DNA of 64,000 nucleotides from the human T2T-CHM13v2.0 reference genome, Homo sapiens, in NCBI RefSeq assembly GCF_009914755.1, contig NC_060927.1; one strand, written 5' to 3'. The notes beneath the pieces are model-generated. The model was given only the letters and a program-made list of their open reading frames with translations. It did no database searches and had not been told where the DNA came from. The first letter of the stretch is position 1; every line of letters begins with the position of its first letter. This document shows, one piece after another, positions 58,248 to 64,000 of the stretch. Both the position numbers and the translations under genes were made by a program.

Positions 58248-59480
58248 GGCCCCAAATAGCAATACTTCCATATGATAACATAAACACAAAACTATCTATA
58301 ATATATATACTAAGTACTATATATTGAGTACTTACCAAGTGGTGGACACTGTATTAATCCCTTTATATATATTCTCACTTTATTCTATTATAACCTCCGA
58401 ATAAACAATTTATTATTCCCATTTTATGCAGGTTTACAAAAAGTTAAATAACTCCCCTGAGTTAATTTGCAAATAGGAGGCAAAGTCTAAACTGGTCCTG
58501 TCTGACTTCAAAGGACTGACTCTTATTAATTATGTTATATATTTATATATTATGTTATCTAGATACAGAACTTAGGTGGTGAGTTAGGGTCACTGAAGTG
58601 GAGATAGTTATTAATAATCCCATTTCACACATAAAACAAACTGAGGACAGAAATCTTTAGTTTTTTGTCCATTTTCACTTGTTATGTGACCAAAGGGAAA
58701 ATATTAGAATAGCTCACTCTCTTCCCCTGGGTATCAGCATGTTGCGTGGAGGAGGTACTGGCTGCGTTTCACTAAGGAATCCTTTATAGGTGGGTGTGAA
58801 CAGAGAGCCACAGAAATATGTTGAATAGGAGTTTCAGTTTCCTGTTGGTGACACTAACATGCTATCTGGGTCATCTTCCTTCTGATCGAATAGGGAAGGA
58901 CCTTTGTTTGAATCTCAGTAGACAGAGGCCACGACTTGTTTGAGAGTGTAAATGCATCATTCTGCAATCTGAATATTGTCCTCTCAGGTGACACCCTGCA
59001 CGGCGGAAACTCTACCACTAGTTAGGTTGCTCACTTCATTTCCAACTGAAACTCTTACTTAGAAGAAGTATTTCCACCCTGCCTGAATAATGCCAATTAT
59101 CTGTGACACAGGGGAAAAGAGTACTTTTTCTCTACAACCAGAGCACAATATTCACCCAAACGCTGGAGGAGACACCCATGTCTGCAAATAATCTGCAGCA
59201 CCCATATGAAAGTCTCATAAACAGAGTTTAGGCAAATAATAAACAACATTGGCACAGATCAGGCCTGAGGACAGGAATCTGGTGGGGAGTGGGATAAGGG
59301 GGTAAGCCATTTCACTGTGCATCTCTTACTTCATTGGCTTCATATAAGAGCAAGGCCTGTTTATGGCAAAAAACATAACAGGACAGAAAGATATAGAAAA
59401 TAAAAATTGTAAGTTTTCCATCCACATGCCCTATTCAAAAGTAAATACTATTAAGTTTTTCCAGGTTCTTTATAGATTTC

Positions 59481-59482
<2 letters not shown>

Positions 59483-59520
<38 letters not shown>
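59483..59520. repeat. (GT)19 microsatellite
   Basis: Direct count. Confidence 0.95.
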
Positions 59521-59521
<1 letters not shown>

Positions 59522-62500
59522 TATGGGGTGGGAGGGGTGAATAAGACTACATTATGTGTACTATACTGTGGCATTCAGCCACAGAAATTTCTTAGTGGGT
59601 GGTTCTGTTAAAGTAATAAATACACAGGACTATAAAATGCTTAGCAGATCCCATCCAACCAAAATGAAATTCAAAGTAGGTTAAAAAAATAACAATTTAA
59701 ACAGCCTAGGCATTTTGAACAGTTTTATTAATTTCAAATCTTTTGAATGCTTATTATTAAACGGGAAAGCTTTCATTATTGCCCCACATACTTATCAGGG
59801 AAATGAAACCTTTCCTTTCACTTGAAGTGTTTTGACAGAATTTCTGAAAACAAGAAAGGAAGGGCCTCCAGGGGAAAGCCAGCACACCCGGCAAATGAGA
59901 TTCTGGCACTCCTCCTTAGGAGAGGGTCTATTTTCAGTGAGTTACTTACTGTGCCCAGTAGATATCACACAAAACCAGACTCTGCAATAAAAAGCTACAG
60001 AAGACCTTATACGTTGAGTTACTTTAGGTTTTGTAAAAAGTTATAGTGGTCTTTAAAGACATCTTAGACACATCAAAAAATAATTGATAAACAATAAATC
60101 AAATAACAAAACTAAGCTATACTCTTTTTCTTTTTCTTCTTGTCTTTATTTTACAGAAAGGACTTTTGTGGTAAGAAATCTAATAAAGTCCGGTGGCCAA
60201 GTCATCCTTTATTCTAAATACACACTCTCGGCTGAAAGTGGCTATAGCACATGAGGGCCCAAAGTGTTGACATCAAGCTTCTGGGGCTGGGATACACCAC
60301 TGGGCCAAGTGGACCACCAAACACACAGTGAAATCCTCGGGCTTTGATGGGGTCTCAAATGAACCTTCTATCAGAAACTGCATGTACAGATACAGCTTGA
60401 CTAACTCCTTATACACAATGGATAGTCTATAAATATGCACTGAGTGAATGAATAAATGATTTTGAAAGTCAGCATATTGTCAAGTTGTCCCCTGGTGACA
60501 GGTTACATTCCTAAGGATACTGAACAGAAAAGGGGATGATATATGGTGCCAAGAAAGAAGTAGTAAGGTTATTTAAAGATCAGCATCTTCTCTGGCCCAC
60601 AGTAAAACTGTATAAGTGGATTAAATAAATCTGCAAAGAATCCCCAAACCTTCCACTATACCCCAACAGGGTATGGCTTGGTTTTGTTATTTATTATTTA
60701 CTATTTGATTTGTCTAAGATGTCTTTGAAGACCACTATGAATTTTTTTAAAAACCTAAAATAATTCAATATTATAAAGTCCTCTGTAGAAAAGTCTTCCT
60801 TATTCATTCTTTTGTCATCCTCCTCTTTTTACCCATGGCATATAACCAGTGAAGCTCATATCCCTGCCATGACTTTTTCCTCCTCTTGCACAACCTACAT
60901 TCCTGACAATCCTGTTAAACTAATTTGCACTAAGGTCTAAATGACTGACACCATTGAACCTATTCTATCAGGATTCTTTATTTTTTAAAAAAACACACAG
61001 ACATTCATCTTCAATCTTTTTAATGTCTCAGGATACTTTTATAGCCAGGTGAGCCTTCCAGTACCTCTGAAATCACTGTGCAGCATGACGACCTCTGTGG
61101 CTACTCATACAACAGGATTTGCCCATACCTAGAGTTATGCACTGGTCTCACACCATTTACAGTGATCTTAAACTATACTCCTTAGCCATAATCTGAGGAA
61201 AGAGGACCAAAATATCAGTTTAATTCCAAGCTTTGGCTTGGCCAGAAGGAAAGCCTCTTCTAGATACCCTACTGAAAACAAGTCAGTTGTAGGCACCCAC
61301 TTTATTTACATAACAAAAGTCCCATATATAGTGCAGTCAGTCACAATACTTAAAAGATTAAGCTGAGGTTGTAAGAGCTGCAAACGCTGTTTCCCCATGC
61401 TATGTTACATAGTAATCTAGAATATCTGTGGCCCAGATGTAGACTAGTTAGCACTTGTTAGGTATAACTATGGTTTGAAGAATTGCTTGTAGCTAATCAT
61501 GATACCCATATCTGGCCTGGGATGTATATTTTGTAGTGGCTTCTCTGAAGGGATTTGCAAACAGAATTATTTAAATATGCTTATCATTAGCAGTTTAAAA
61601 AAATGACATTTTGGCAGGAGATTAATTTTTAACTTGGCAGCTGTTTTCAGACAGATTGTTGTCAGGTTATTACAGTGACTAACTTTGAAGGAAGGAGGAA
61701 ATTTATGGGAGATTATTAGGTTTTCAGACCTTCAAGCTTGCAATTCCCAAAAGAGGCAAATTTTCTGTCAACACTGAGATACGGGGCCTCAAAAACGCTG
61801 CAATGTTTGCATCTTTGAGACCTGATTTCAATAATAACCCCACATGTCGAGAACTAAAAATATTCCTTAAAAGTGAAATATTCTTCAAATATACTGTTCA
61901 ATTGATAAATTGGAGATTTATATGGAAGTACATTACAGAGGAGCAAGGTAATATATTGGAAAGGGCTCTGAACAGAAAGTTTGGAGACCTGCATTCAAGT
62001 GCTAACTCTGAGAGGATTGCTAACCCGGTGAGCACCTGCAGACCTCGGCCTCAGTTTCTTCATCTGTTAGATAAGAGTATTTACAGAGGATCATTAAAGT
62101 GTTTTGGTGAAAAGTCCATGCACCTCTGAAACCAGCCCAAGCAGATCAAGTTTTGCCCAAGTTGTCCTGTAATGTACACAAAGACCACAGGGTGTCTCTC
62201 TACCTAATGCACAGCCTGGAAACCCACACACAGTTCCTAGATCCCATTGCCCCTAATTTTATTGCCTTGACTTTCAGTCACCATTCATTAGAAAGCCGTG
62301 TCACCTGAAAGTCCAGACAATAAACCTGAGGGGCAATAATGCAAAATTATGTTTGGTTATTGGCTAGCAGAATAGAAAAGAGAAGGGCTTCTTGGAGAAA
62401 TCTATTTGAACACAGCTTTGAATGTATTAGCAAATTTCTAGTTTATAATATAAAGTAACAAGTCACAAATCAAATTTCTATGAAACATCAGGCCACACGA

Positions 62501-62897
62501 CAGAAATACCATAAAGTAGTCACCAATATTCCATCTGATTCCCTCTCATGAAAAAGAAACCCCAGATAATTATACTTCGAGCATTGTAGAAGTAAGTCAG
62601 ATTATTCTCAATCAGAAAAAGATGACCCAAGACAACAAACTCACATCTTAGTTTAACGTAAAAAGCTATCAGAATATATACTCTTCCAAAAATCTAAACC
62701 ATAACCAAAATGGAAATCCAATCTATTTTCCAATAATAAGAAGCAAGAGTAAATTTAAAAAAATATAGAAAATGATTTAAACTTTTTATTTATTTTTTTA
62801 TTTTTTACAAACAGGCCATCAGATAAGATGGGTGAATTCATTAAAAAGATCCTCACTTGAATGTCTTACAGGTCTTAAACTCAAATAATGTTTTTCA

Positions 62898-63140
<243 letters not shown>

Positions 63141-63207
63141 TTAAGAAAAGACAAGTAAATAAAGTCTGTGATCATAGGTTTTAGATAGCGATAAAATGAA
63201 TGTGAAT

Positions 63208-63675
63208 TATTTTATTGTGGTAAAACATAAGTAACATAAAGTGTACAATTTTGACCATTTTCAAATGTACATTTCTGGGGCACTAAGCACATCCACACTG
63301 TTGTGCAACCTTCACCACTGTCCATCTCCAGAATTTCTCATCTTCCCCAGCTGAAACTTTGTACCTATTAAACAATAGCTCCCAATTCCCCCTTGCCCCA
63401 ACCCCTGGCAATTATTCTACTTTCCATCTCTATAAATTTGACTATTCTCACTACCTTGTATAAGTGGAATCATACAGTATTTGTCTTTTTGTGACTGGCT
63501 TATTTCAGTTAGCATAATATCATCAAGGTTCATCCACGTTGCAGCATGTGTTAGAATTTCCTTCCTTCTCAAGGTTGAATAATATTCCATTGTGTGTATG
63601 GACCACATTTTGTTTATCTGTTCACCTGTTGATGGGCACCTGGGTTGCTTCTACCTTTTCTATATTGTGAATATG
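63208..63675 (-). mobile_element. L1 (L1MB-type) 3' end fragment
   Basis: ttattgtggtaaaa...ttgtgcaacc...taagtggaatcatacagtatttgtctttttgtgactggcttatttca. Confidence 0.85.
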
Positions 63676-64000
63676 TTTTTAAACTGCATGAGAAATGGAT
63701 GAAGTGTACCCATGAGGAAGGCACAAAGAATTACATTTGATTACACCAAGGCTTCACAGGGACCAAAAATAGGTGTTAAAAAAAAGTAAGCTTGGTTGTC
63801 AGAAAGGGTAGTATTTTGGGGATACAAGACAAGTGATTAAAAGCAAAAGTCTGAGTCAGACTGCCTAAGTTTGTATCTCATTTCTGCCGCTACTAGTGGT
63901 ATGACCTAGGGCTAGTAGATCAACCTCTCTGAGCTTCGGTTTCCTAATCTGTAAAATGAGGATGATGACATCTACACAGAGTTGCTCTGATGTTTATGAG

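Overview
Primate DNA, very probably human, rich in Alu/L1/MIR repeats. The window covers the middle of TNIK (TRAF2- and NCK-interacting kinase, Ste20/GCK-IV family) on the minus strand. Eleven coding exons (numbered 7-17 by inference from the canonical CDS as I recall it) were read with GT-AG borders and consistent phases. They run from the kinase DFG/activation loop through the coiled coil into the Pro/Ser-rich linker and include two symmetric cassette exons (87 and 165 nt). The strongest unexplained signal lies in the intron between exons 15 and 16. It is a 1263-nt stop-free sense-strand frame (11172-9910) that opens exactly at a CAG acceptor, is in phase with exon 15 and is followed by AATAAA signals. 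This is a candidate large alternative terminal exon giving a ~956-aa kinase without the CNH domain. The same intron holds candidate micro/poison exons, an AG|GT dual-use site, a very young AluY and a U25 acceptor tract. Other oddities are a ~165-bp diverged direct repeat bracketing exon 10, a perfect 19-bp hairpin next to a 17-bp tandem duplication, and two MADE2-like MITEs split by retroposons. Repeat family names and boundaries were judged by eye and are approximate. I cannot check whether the candidate exons are already annotated.
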